Assembly (NCBI RefSeq): GCF_009914755.1
Contig: NC_060928.1
Source of the DNA: the human T2T-CHM13v2.0 reference genome, Homo sapiens
Length of the DNA stretch: 64,000 nucleotides
Reading direction: 5' to 3' (one strand)
Position 1 is the stretch's first letter, and every line of letters starts with the position of its first letter. The notes under the pieces are model-generated. The model worked only from the letters and a program-made list of their open reading frames with translations, ran no database searches and was not told where the DNA came from. Shown piece by piece: positions 42,450 through 58,469 of this stretch. Both the position numbers and the translations under genes were made by a program.

Positions 42450-42650
42450 TGTATTATTATCTATTTCTGCGTAACAAATGACCTCAACATCTAGCAGCTT
42501 AAAACAATAAATGTTTATTATCTCAAAAGTTTTCTTAAAGTCAGGAATGCAGAAGCAGCTTCTCTTGGTGGGTCTGACTCAGGGTTTCTCCTGAGATTAT
42601 AGTCAAATGTTAGCCAGGGCTGCAGTCATCTGAAGGCTTGACTGGGCCTA
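42450..42650 (-). mobile_element. MLT1 LTR fragment
   Basis: tgtattattatctatttctgcgtaacaaat...agcagcttaaaacaataaatgtttattatctca...gggctgcagtcatctgaaggcttgactggg. Confidence 0.75.
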
Positions 42651-42654
42651 AATC

Positions 42655-42871
42655 ATTCAGGGGTTACATGGATATATTGCACAGTGGTGATGCCTGGGCT
42701 TTGAGTGTGTTCATCCCCCATATAGTGAACATTGTACCCAATAGGCAATTTCGCAACCTTCCCTCTTCCTACCCTCCCACTTTTGTGGTCTCTAGTGTCT
42801 ATTATTTCTCTTTGTATATCCACATACACCTATTGTTTAGCTTCCACTTATAAGTAAGAACATGCAGTATT
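42655..42871 (-). mobile_element. Older primate L1 (L1PA16/L1PB-like) 3' UTR, left part of the element split by L1PA3
   Basis: ttacatggatatattgcacagtggtga...atagtgaacattgtacccaatagg...tttagcttccacttataagtaagaacatgcagtatt. Confidence 0.8.
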
Positions 42872-43325
42872 GAGGAAGGGAGCCAAGATGGCCGAACAGA
42901 AACAGCTCCGGTCTACAGCTCCCAGCGTGAGCAACGCAGAAGACAGGTGATTTCTGCATTTCCCTCTGAGGTACCGGGTTCATCTCACTAGGGAGTGCCA
43001 GACAGTTGGCACAGGACAGTGGGTGCAGCACACCGTGCACGAGCCGAAGCACGGCGAGGCATTGCCTTGCTCGGGAAGCACAAGGGGTCAGGGAGTTCCC
43101 TTTCCTAGTCAAAGAAAGGGGTGACAGATGGCACCTGGAAAATCGGGTCACTCCCACCCCAGTACTGCGCTTTTCTGATGGGCTTAAAAAACGGCGCACC
43201 GGGAGATTATATCCTGCACCTGGCTCGGAGAGTCCTACACCCATAGAGTCTCGCTGATTGCTAGCACAGCAGTCTGAGATCAAACTGCAAGGCGGCAGCG
43301 AGGCTGGGGGAGGGGCGCCCACCAT
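42837..43325 (-). CDS. L1 antisense ORF0, 162-aa extended form running out of the element
   Basis: MVGAPPPASLPPCSLISDCCASNQRDSMGVG... matches the known primate L1 ORF0 N-terminus, and the frame is open to a stop in flanking DNA. Expression is unproven. Confidence 0.5.
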   Translation of the reverse strand: MVGAPPPASLPPCSLISDCCASNQRDSMGVGLSEPGAGYNLPVRRFLSPSEKRSTGVGVTRFSRCHLSPLSLTRKGNSLTPCASRARQCLAVLRLVHGVLHPLSCANCLALPSEMNPVPQREMQKSPVFCVAHAGSCRPELFLFGHLGSLPQYCMFLLISGS

Positions 43326-43908
43326 TGCCCAGGCTTGCTTAGGTAAACAAAGCAGCAGGGAAGCTCAAACTGGGTGGAGCCCACCACAGCTCAAGGAGGC
43401 CTGCCTGCCTCTGTAGGCTCCACCTCTGGGGGCAGGGCACAGACAAACAAAAAGACAGCAGTAACCTCTGCAGACTTAAATGTCCCTGTCTGACAGCTTT
43501 GAAGAGAGCAGTGGTTCTCCCAGCACGCAGCTGGGGATCTGAGAATGGGCAGACTGCCTCCTCAAGTGGGTCCCTGACCCCTGACCCCTGAGCAGCCTAA
43601 ATGGGAGGCATCCCCCAGTAGGGGCAGACTGACACCTCACACGGCCAGGTACTCCTCTGAGACAAAACTTCCAGAGGAACGATCAGACAGCAGCATTCGT
43701 GGTTCACGAAAATCCGCTGTTCTGCAGCCACCACTGCTGGTACCCAGGCAAACAGGGTCTGGAGTGTACCTCTAGCAAACTCCAACAGACCTGCAGCTGA
43801 GGGTCCTGTCTGTTAGAAGGAAAACTAACAAACAGAAAGGACATCCACACCAAAAACCCATCTGTACATCACCATCATCAAAGACCAAAAGTAGATAAAA
43901 CCACAAAG
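42872..43908 (+). promoter_or_regulatory. L1 5' UTR internal sense and antisense promoter; YY1 site at 42884-42893
   Basis: caagatggcc YY1 motif is intact, and the region is CpG-richer than the rest of the window. The function is known for L1 5' UTRs in general; activity of this copy is not shown. Confidence 0.7.
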
Positions 43909-44928
43909 ATGGGGAAAAAACAGAGCAGAAAAACTGGAAACTCTAAAAAGCAGAGCACCTCTCCTCCTCCAAAGGAATGCAGCTCCTCACCAGCCACGGA
44001 ACAAAGCTGGACGGAGAATGATGTTGATGAGTTGAGAGAAGAAGTCTTCAGACAATCAAACTACTCCAAGCTACAGGAGGAGGAAATTCAAATCAAAGGC
44101 AAAGAAGTTGAAAACTTTGAAAAAAATTTAGACGAATGTATAACTAGAATAACCAATACAGAGAAGTGCTTAAAGGAGCTGATGGAGCTGAAAGCCAAGG
44201 CTTGAGAACTACGTGAAGAATGCAGAAGCCTCAGAAGCCGATGTGATCAACTGGAAGAAAGGGTATCAGTGATGGAAGATGAAATGAATGAAATGAAGCG
44301 AGAAGGGAAGTTTAGAGAAAAAAGAATAAAAAGAAACGAACAAAGCCTCCAAGAAATATGGGACTATGTGAAAAGACCAAACCTACGTCTGATTAGTGTA
44401 CCTGAAAGTGGTGGGAAGAATGGAACCAAGTTGGAAAACACTCTGCAGGATATTATCCAGGAAAACTTCCCCAACCTGGCAAGGCAGGCCAACATTCAGA
44501 TTCAGGAAATACAGAGAATGCCACAAAGATACTCCTCAAGAAGAGCAACTCCAAGACACGTAATTGTCAGATTCACCAAAGTTGAAATGAAGGAAAAAAT
44601 GTTAAGGGCAGCCAGAGAGAAAGGTCAGGTTACCCACAAAGGGAAGCCCATCGGACTAACAGCAGATCTCTCGGCAGAAACTCTACAAGCCAGAAGAGAG
44701 TAGGGGCCAATATTCAACATTCTTAAAGAAAAGAATTTTCAACCCAGAATTTCATATCCAGCCAAACTAAGCTTCATAAGTGAAGGAGAAATAAAATACT
44801 TTACAGACAAGCAAATGCTGAGAGATTTTGTCACCACCAGGCCTGCCCTAAAAGAGCTCCTGAAGGAAGCACTAAACATGGAAAGGAACAACCAGTACCA
44901 GCCACTGCAAAGTCATGCCAAATTGTAA
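43909..44928 (+). pseudogene. L1 ORF1p (RNA-binding chaperone), disrupted
   Basis: MGKKQSRKTGNSKKQS...; premature TGA at 44203-44205 and TAG at 44701-44703; normal TAA at 44926-44928. Confidence 0.95.
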
Positions 44929-44976
44929 AGACCATCAAGGCTAGGAAGAAACTGCATCAACTAATGAGCAAAATAA

Positions 44977-48811
<3,835 letters not shown>

Positions 48812-49079
48812 ACAATGAGAACACATGGACACAGGCAGGGGAACATCACACTCTGGGGACTGTTGTGGGGTGGGGGCAGGGGGGAGGGATAGCCTTAGGA
48901 GATATACCTAATGCTAAATGACGAGTTAATGGGTGCAGCACACCAGCATGGCACATGTATACATATGTAACTAACCTGCACATTGTGCACATGTACCCTA
49001 AAACTTAAAGTATAATAATAATAATAAAAAAGCTTGAAAAAGAACATAATTATGAAAAAACAAAATGAAGAAATAAAAA

Positions 49080-50375
49080 AAGAACATGCAGTATTTAATT
49101 TTTCTCTTTCTGAGTTATTTCACTTAGGATAATGGGCGCTAGCTCCATCCACATTGCTGCAAAAGACATGATTTCATTCTTTTTTATGACTGCACAGTAT
49201 TCCATTATATATATATATCACATTTTCTTTATTCAATCATCCATCGATGGATATTTAGGTTAATTCCGTGACTTCGCTTTTGTGAGTAGTGGTGCAATAA
49301 ACATAGGTGTGCAGGGTCTTTTTGATATAATTATTTCTTTTCTTTTGGGCAGATAGTAGTGGGATTGCTGGATTAAACGGTAGTTCAATTTTTAGCTTCT
49401 TAAGAAATCCTCATACTGTTTTCCATGGTGGTTGAACTGATTTACATTTCTACTAACGGTGTACAAGTGTTCCCATTTCTCCATATTCTCTCCAACATTT
49501 ATCTTTTTTTTTATGATAGCCATTCTAACAGATGTGAGGTGATATCTCATTGTGGTTTTAATTTGCATTTACCCGATTGGTGATATTTAGCATTTTTTCA
49601 TATACTTGTTGACCATTTTTATGTCTTCTTATAAGAAATGTCTGTCCAGATCCTTTGCCCATTTTTAAAGTGTGTTATTTATTTTCTTACTATTCAATTG
49701 TTTGAGTTCCTTTTATATTTTGGATATTCACCCCTTATCAGATGTATGGTTTGCAAATACATTCTCCCATTTCATAGATTAGCTCTTAACTGTTTATTGT
49801 TTCTTTGGCTGCACAGAAACTTTTTAGTATGACGTAATCCCATTTGTCTATTTTTGCTTTTTGTTCTTGTAGTTCTACAGTTTCAAGTCAAGTGTTTAAT
49901 CCATTTTGAGTTTGTTTCTGTATATAGTGTGAGATAGGTGTCTGATTTCATTCCTTTGTGTCTGGATATAAAGTTTTTCCAACACCATTCGTTGAGGAGA
50001 CTCTCCTTTCCCCTATCTGTGTTCTTGGCACCTTGATCAAAGTGAATTGATCATAAATGTGTGAGTTTACTTACGCGCTCTCTATTCTGTTCTATTGGTC
50101 TATGTGTCTGTTTTTATGCCAGTAGAGTGCTGTTTTGAGCAGTTTAGCTTTGTAATGGCTTTTGAAATCAGATAGTAATGCCTCTGGGTTTTTTTTTCCT
50201 CAAAATTGCCTTGGCTATTTGGAATCTTTTGTAGTTCCATATAAATTTTAGGAATATTTTTTCTATTTCTGTGAAAAATGTCATTGGCATTTTGATAGAG
50301 ATTGCATTGAATCTGTAGATCACTTTGGGTAATATGGACATTTTAACATTAATTCTCCTAATCCATGAACATGTG
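49080..50375 (-). mobile_element. Older antisense L1, continuation after the L1PA3 insertion
   Basis: Resumes at the TSD: ...gagttatttcacttaggataatgg..agctccatccacattgctgcaaaagacatgatttcattc..., followed by antisense ORF2-like sequence. Confidence 0.85.
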
Positions 50376-50489
50376 ACATGATTCTAATTTTATTATTCGT
50401 TAAGTACTGTCTACATGATAAGCATTGTACCAAGGACCTTAAGAGATGAAAAACAATAAATAAGACACAATCTCTGATACTAGGAATAT

Positions 50490-50710
50490 GATGATAACAT
50501 CCACTTGTTCAGTGCTTTTCCTATAGACAAGACACATTATACATCTGACCTTCATTTATTGAGGTTAGCAGAGTAGATGCTATCCCCATTTTAGAGATGA
50601 GTAAAGTAAGGCTTAGGGCATTTAAAGGATTTATTCCACACTGCAGGCCAAGGAGGGCCAAATCTGAGCTCAAACTCAGGTATTCTAACTGCATGTAGAG
50701 CATGTTTCCT
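50490..50710 (-). mobile_element. MIR
   Basis: gtagatgctatccccattttagagatgagtaaagtaaggcttagg. Confidence 0.7.
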
Positions 50711-50974
50711 GTACACAAGGTATGAACTTAGTACATAGCTAGTGCTTTCAAAAATGTGCACTGATTTGAAAACAAGAACACAAATGACTAAAATTTTAAA
50801 AGGCTATTTAGAAGGATGCATGACTGTTGCAAAGTAAGCATTGCTCTGGATCTCAAGTATGGAATATGAGATCCTTTGTATCTCAGGATAATCTCCTACT
50901 CAGGACCCAGAAAAGGGAGTAAGGGGAAAGTGTCTGTGGACCAACGTTATCTCTTAGGATTCATTGCTTTGTTT

Positions 50975-51350
50975 TTAATATTAAAAAAATACTTTCTCTG
51001 TTAGAGAAGTTTTAGGATCATAGCAAAATTGAGCAGACATTACTGAGAGTTCTCATAGCCCCTGCCCCCACACATGCACATTCTCCTCACTATCAACATC
51101 CAGCACCAGAGTGGTACATATGTTACAATCGATGAACCTGCATTGACACATCACTTTCACCCGAAGTCCATAGTTTACATTAGTGTTCACTCTTGGTTTT
51201 GTACATTCTGTGGATGTGGACAAATGTAGATAATATATATCCATTACTATAGTAGTATACAGAATAGTTTCAGTCTCCTAAAAATCCACTATGCTCTAAC
51301 TATTCATCCCTCTTTTCTTTGTAACCCTGCAACCACTAATCTTCCTACTA
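50975..51350 (-). mobile_element. L1MC1-like 3' UTR fragment
   Basis: agttttaggatcatagcaaaattgagcaga...ccagagtggtacatatgttacaatcgatgaacctgcattgacacatca...aagtccatagtttacattag. Confidence 0.8.
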
Positions 51351-52098
51351 ACTCTATATTAAACACTTAAAGAAAATCATGCCTTTCATATGGCTTAAAA
51401 TACATTAATTCCTTCATTACTTTATTGCTACCATCTCTTCATTTTATTCATCATCTTATTTTACCTACTTTCTCTTGTTTAAAAAAATGACTCCAAAAGA
51501 GAAATTAAATATTAAAAAATAAGAGTGTAATTATAAGATTTCTTTAGATACTCTCTACATTGATGGTTATCCATGTCTTGGTTGTATGGGGGAATTAGGT
51601 CATGTTCTTAGGTATTTTTGATTAAAGGGAGCTGTTTAAATTATGGATGTGTAAGAAAGTTATAGTTTCAAATACAAAATATATATTTGCATTACACAGG
51701 TTTAAAATGATAATTTCTCAAGTTTGGTATTAATTTTAATTTTTAAAAATATCATTTTCCCTGGAGAGGTAGAAATGGCACCTAGGTCCAAGGGGAAATT
51801 ACTTTATAGAAGCTATGTAATTTAATTGGATTTGCTTTTAATAATGTGTGACATGAAAAGGTTAATTTTAAATGTTAAGAAGCAGTGAATTCCTTAAAGA
51901 ATTCACTAAAAGTTAGTTTTACTTTACAAATTACTTTGCTGTGCCATCTTTCTTGCCTGAGGGTCATTTGGTACTGAAGGTTAGGCTGTTGGATATAAAA
52001 TAAGAATGAGAAGGAATAATGTAACATCAAATAGAACAAAATTTCACATTCAAATGCTCTGACATAAATGAAACCACCATTTTACACAATTTTAGGTA

Positions 52099-52280
52099 CC
52101 TTTTATTTTTAATATATCTTCAATTTAGTATATTTTAGTATATTTATTTTAAAATATTTTAAATTTAATGTCCTAAACCTAATGTCCTTTATTTTTAGTA
52201 TATCTTCAATTTAGCATATTTAGTATGTCTAATTTAGTATATACAGTATATTTTCAATTTAATGTCCCAAACTTACACAA
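52099..52280. repeat. Degenerate AT-rich tandem duplication (about 87-bp unit, two copies)
   Basis: cctt(t)tattttta[a/g]tatatcttcaatttag[t/c]atattt...tatttt[a/c]aatttaatgtcc[t/c]aaac at 52099 and 52186. Confidence 0.75.
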
Positions 52281-53332
52281 ATTAATAATGTAGTTTAAAA
52301 GAAAGAAAAATTAGATTTAATGTCCTAAGAACAATTTTTACTTATTTTGTTTCATTATAGTGAATCCTTTTTGATTTAGCTTTCAGGAATCATTATTCCT
52401 AAGTGTGATTTTGAAATACTTCTTTCAGTTCATTTAGCTGTAAGTTTTAGACCTGATAAATGGAGAAATGTTTAACATTCCTGCTCAGAATTTGAATATA
52501 TAGTACAAGTATTCTAATAAAGTAAAAAATAAAATAACCATCTTTTACGTTAGGTAGTTCACTAGTTATTGACCCAGTAATAAGTCATCTCATAAGTCAA
52601 ATAGTTTCAAGGCCAGAACCTCAGTATAATTTATCAATTCATTTATCTGTCAAGTATTTATTAAATATCTTTTAATTCTTTACAAAAGTACACAATCCTG
52701 GCTCTCTTTTCCTAATTTTCAATATAAAGCTTGACTTATGACTAAATAGTAGCAGTGTCAGATAGGACTACACTCTCAGGTTAGGGATCTTTGTACTGTA
52801 AGAATTTCCTCCAGAATATTTACAGATTCAACTAAATTTTTGTAACAAAATACATCCTTTCACAACTACCTAAAATAATACAAAATGTGAGCTCTTGACA
52901 CCTGTGAAGTTTAAAGAAAAAATAGTTGGTGGTTGCAGAAGGACTCAAATACAAACTGGAAAAGCCAAGACGGAGGGCTGCTCGGAGCTATTATTCGCTA
53001 GGTGAGGTTAGCTTGTAGAATGCAAACAGACTTCAATTCTAGTGGTTCTGTAACCAGGGGCAGCTCAGCTAACCTCTCTCAGTTTGTTTCTTTTTATGGG
53101 AACAGCAACCATCCCAGAGCATTTCTGTAGGAACTAAAAATAATACATGAAGAAGTTCTCAATGTAAATGGTCTTTATTCATTCATTTTGCACTTGATAT
53201 TAATAAATATTTATTTACACCTTTAGATTAGGCACCAGGCTCCCATGTGCTAGTGAAGGAGGAAGGCGTGACTTCTCATTTAGAAATTTTACCATAATGG
53301 AGGAGAATGTTATATAACTGTTAGTTGCCCAC

Positions 53333-53838
53333 TGCGATGGTTAAACTGTCTACTTGATTGGATTGAAGGACGCAAAGTATTGATCCTGGGTGTGTCTGTG
53401 AGGGTGTTGCCAAAAGAGATCGACATTTGAGTCAGTGGGCTGGGGAAGACGGACCCACCCTTAATCTGGCGGACACAATCTAATCAGCTGCTAGTGAATA
53501 TAAAGCAGGCAGAAAAACTTGAAAAGGCGAGATTGTCCTAGCCTCCCAGCCTACATCTTTCTCCCGTGCTGGATGCTTCCTGCCCTCAAACATTGGAATT
53601 CAAGTTCTTTAGTTTTGAGACTTGGACTGGCTCTCCTTCCTCCTCAAGCTTGCAGACGGCCTATTGTGGGATCTTCTGATGATGTAAGTTAATACTTAAT
53701 AAACTCTATCAGGATATATATATATATATAAAATAGGATATCTATATCTATAAATAAAAATAACTATAATCTATATCTATAAATAAACAGATATGTCTCC
53801 TGTTAGTTCTGTCCTTCTAGGGAACCCTGACTAATACA
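53333..53838 (+). mobile_element. MLT2A1 (HERV-L) solo LTR
   Basis: tgcgatggttaa...cttgattggattgaaggacgcaaagtattgatcctgggtgtgtctgtgagggtgttgccaaa...gaatataaagcaggcagaaaaac...gaaccctgactaataca. Confidence 0.92.
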
Positions 53839-54914
53839 TCCAACTTCATGAGTGGCTATTAAAACATCCCAAGAAAAAGAATAGGCAAAATTGTTTAGTA
53901 TGATTCTATGAAATAGTGACATAGAAGTGGCATTTGTAGGTTTCACCAGATTTCCGTGCTAAGTTCAATCATTGTTGTTTTCATTTAATGTTTATTAACT
54001 GGATTTATATTTTCTTTTTTTGTAGTACAGAGTGAAGAAAAGACTGAGATACTGATAATTATTTTGCAAATGCAGAAGTAGCATGATCTATAAGCAGATA
54101 GGAATTATATCAAGAGTGAGGAAATGTAATCTTTGATCATTTAAAAAATATTGGTGCAATCATAGATAATTAACTTAGTCTCCTTGTGGCATGAATTCCG
54201 CACTTGCTAAATAAACAGCTTGTCCAAGTTCATTTAATGAAAATCGTATCAACAAATATTTATTTTATAATATTCTACGCATTATGGAAAAAAGTAGAAG
54301 CCCCGAGTTTTCAGTCAAGCTAAAGAGATAAGAATTCAAACTATGAAATGAGATTTAAAAATGAGACAGAAGAAGATTTCGTAGGACAAGAAACATTTAC
54401 TTGCCAATGAATGGTACATTCTATATGTGCTATAGGAACTAAAATGAGAAAAAGATTGATCCACATACTAAGAGTAGGGAAGAATTTATAAGAAATGTAG
54501 GGGGACTACTAAATCCTGAGAGATATAAACATTTGAATACATGAAAAATGTCAAAGTGAAGAGAATGTCTAAAGATACTTCGGGTCTATAAATCCCTTTA
54601 GGAAGTAAAAAAACATTTCCAGTTCTCAACTAAATGGATAGACAGTACATGTTCCTTAAAAAATAACTAATCTTCTTCTAAAAAGTGCTGCCTAACCTGC
54701 CTTTAGGATTATCTCACATGCAACAAACAAAAGGACACAAGGATACCTACAGGCAAACACATACCATGTCATTTCCTGGTCAGATATTTAAGAATGAATG
54801 ATGCCTTACGTTAGCATTTTATTGTTGTTGTTGGCTGGTCACTAACTATTTACTAAAGTCCTTCCCTTATTTGCAAATGAAATTATAATCTCTTAAAATA
54901 TCCTTTATACATAG

Positions 54915-55150
54915 TTAGGAGTGTGGGTATTGATACTGCACCACCTGGGTTTAAATCCTAGTCTCACTACCTACAACAGGTATGACTTTGGATAAGTTAC
55001 TTAACCTCTCTGTTTCTCAGTTTCTTCTTTAGTAAAAAGGGGATAATAATAGTACCTATTACACAGCGTTGTTGAGAGAATTAATTTATATATATAAAGT
55101 ATTTAAAAGGGAGCCTGGCACATTGTATTATGAGTATGGGAGCTGCTTAT
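54915..55150 (+). mobile_element. MIR
   Basis: cctgggtttaaatcctagtctcactac...tatgactttggataagttacttaacctctctgtttctcagtttc...ggataataatagtaccta. Confidence 0.85.
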
Positions 55151-55159
55151 ATGATTTGA

Positions 55160-55256
55160 TATGTGCGTGTGTGTGTATATATATATATATATATGTTACA
55201 TATAATATGTGTGTGTGTATATATATGTTATATATAATATATATGTATGTTATACA
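55160..55256. repeat. (TG)/(TA) low-complexity repeat
   Basis: Read directly. Confidence 0.9.
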
Positions 55257-55407
55257 TAGATGGTTCCTGATTTATGGCAGTTCAACTTATGATTTTTTGA
55301 CTTCACAATAGGTTTATTGGGGCATTAAATGTATTTTTGATTTACGATATTATTGACTATGATAGGTTTATCAGGAAATAACTCCACTGTGAGTCAAGAA
55401 GCATCTG
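55257..55407. mobile_element. MER47-like TcMar-Tigger MITE
   Basis: Imperfect terminal inverted repeats tagatggttcctgatttat ... gtgagtcaagaagcatctg in a TA-rich context; internal attaaatgtatttttgatttacgatatt. Confidence 0.7.
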
Positions 55408-57071
55408 TGTACGTACACATATATAAATATATAAGTAAGTATATATTTAAATATATAAAATAAATATTTAAGTATAAATATATATAACAGTTGCTAGCGT
55501 CTTTACGTATACAAATATATGTATATAAAGGGTGCTAGTAACTGTTAAATTATAAAATGATAATATGTTTAATCATAATTTTCAGTCATAAAATGATTGC
55601 TATTGAAGACAGTACAATGTTTACTAAGTGATAGAGAAGTGGAAATGAGAATCTTTGAGATAATGTTATTAGAAAAAGTTAAAATTGAAAATTGGTCCCA
55701 GAACACATTCAGTATTTATCTTATAAATCATAATATGGTTCACATTTTTTCTCAAAGCACTAGTGTTTCTGAAAGTCAGTTCTGTAGCCACTGGGATCAC
55801 CTAATATGCAGATAACCTTATGACGTGGCATTAGCTGATGAACTCTCTGGCTTTTTTTACTTTGAGATGTTTTAAAATTTCATTGGATTGAGTGAACTCT
55901 GCCATCTTTTAGCAACTATTTTTCTCCTATTCACAGTAGCCTAGATTAAATAAGGCTAGAGACTTTTAAAATAGTAGGTGCTTCTTTCTTATCGTGCTTG
56001 GATTCAATGTATAAAGTGAAAAATAATTTATGTATGCATTGTTGCATCTGGCTACTAATGCGTGAAGCAAAGGCTTCATATTTTATTTATAATCTGTAAT
56101 GAGGAAAGGTCTGATTAAATATACAAATATAGCTACAGAGCCACTGCTCATTAAGGATATCTGATTTCTTCTGACATTTTTTTTCTATGAAAGAGGGTTG
56201 GCGTCACTTAGGAAATTTTTTTTAAAATACTGAAGCCTAGGGGACAAACTATTTAGTTTCCTGGTCAACCTTAGGTATTATTTATATTGTTTTTTGACTG
56301 TCTAGGCTCTCTCTGATGAATAATATTACATTGGAAAATTCTTTATTTATTTTCCTCTTTATATCTCCAGATCCTATATATTGAACATAATATCATACCT
56401 GACTAATTTAAAATCCTGTGCCTGAGTGATGCATGCTTTTGTGTTCATTTTTTATCTAGTATAGTATCAGTGTGCAATTTCTTCTATTACAATTTTGAAA
56501 GCTATAATGATAGCACAGTGAAGTAACTATATGTTAATTATCCATAACTAATGAAAACAAAACTTGTTTTTCCTACACTCATGAGACAATTTATATGTGA
56601 TGGATGTGCCAGAAACTTTTTTCATAAATACTTAGGGTATATTCGTTCTATTTTAAGGAATAAAATAATACAATTAGTTTGAATTTATCATCTCATTATT
56701 TTTGAGTAGGCAAGGATTAGTTCGGCCATTATACAACATTTACCCACTAGTACTAATCAAGAAGGAATGCCCTAGCCTTTTCTATTTAACAAATCTTTTA
56801 TTTTTATTGAAGCAGATTAAAAGCTGATTCAGTTACCTAAAGTACATTTACTTTGAATTCCTTCCTTAATGTGGGTTCCATGGGCAGACTTCACTGTTTT
56901 TAGAAAATATTTTCCTCCTGGCCCATTATTACTAAGCTTCCAAAGTATTCTTTAAAAAGGACCACGAATATCATCTTGTTTACAGCTTGAATAGAATGAC
57001 CTAAGGTAGCCAGCACAAATCCAAGAACTATTACTCAGAAAAACTTATTTAGTTATAAAATTAGTCTACAG

Positions 57072-57160
57072 CAGTAGTTTTCATGAAATCTTTGGAGCCC
57101 TGTTTATTTAAGACATCTCATCCCAACAGAAATAGAAGGGACCTGTTTTGAAAACCAATG
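57072..57160. mobile_element. Small hAT-Charlie-type MITE remnant
   Basis: TIR-like cagtagttttca ... tgaaaaccaatg, flanked by gtctacag / ttctagac, which resemble the Charlie NTCTAGAN 8-bp target. Confidence 0.5.
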
Positions 57161-58148
57161 TTCTAGACTAGAGAATCCATTTTTTCTTTCCCCAATCACT
57201 TTATATACAAATTGATAACTAGGGTTGTTAAAGATTTTGCATACACATTGAAAACTAGATATAATGAAGGCAAAGTATTACTATATATATTCTTAAATCT
57301 CTAAATTAAATTTCGAGATAACCGTAGATATAATTTGACAATTAGGTTAAAAAATGATACTTCTGCCCATAATTCTCCACATTAAACAACCCTATCATTG
57401 TTTAATTTGGACTTTGCCTACAAGTCAACATCTAAATCTTTAGTTTCATTTGTGTAGCTACTCTGCCTTCCATTCTCACAGTTAATGCAATACTAGTTGA
57501 AAGAGAAGTTATTATGATCTTGTTCCTTAGACTGTCCTCAGTGCTTAGAGAGGCATAAACATCTTACGTATAAGCAGTCTAAAGATAAGATTTCTCGGCA
57601 AAACCTCCATGCTTCCTGCTGCTTTTCACTGCACAGATCATTCCCTGGCATAACAATCCCTTCATTTCAGCTGTACTGCTCATAATATTTTTGGTCTCCA
57701 AAATTATGGCTCTTTTGTTACAGGTTGATGAAGCTTAGTGGGTAGAAATGCTGTGCATTTATACTAAATAAACGTCACCCTTCTTAGCTTTTCTCCACAG
57801 ACATGTCTTTGACCACACACTGCATCATTCATTTCACCATTCATAAAACATCTAGTGAATATCTAATGTTTCAAGCTCTGTGGTTCTGTGTAAAGATTAT
57901 AAAGTCAAAAAGAGAAAAAAGAAAAAATCTTCCCTATGAAAAGCCTGAATAATGGTATGGGAACCCTAATTACAAAAAAGGGATGAGCACTTCAAACAAG
58001 TATGGGGTTCTGAAATTGAAAAAGTGATCTAATTCTAGTGCAGCTTAGGAGCCAGAAAAAGGCTAGGTACTCACTAAATATTAGTTGAATGAATAAATAG
58101 ATCATGATACTATTCTCACATCCTAGCCAATGTATAAGACATTAAGTA

Positions 58149-58450
<302 letters not shown>

Positions 58451-58469
58451 TTAAGTAGAAAAAAATAAG

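Noticed and set aside
48855-48890. G-quadruplex-forming G-rich tract
   Set aside because: Standard L1 3' UTR feature, not specific to this locus.
49500-50375. Similarity to 7850-8810, suggesting a segmental duplication
   Set aside because: Both are independent antisense L1 ORF2/3' fragments, and the similarity does not extend into unique flanks.
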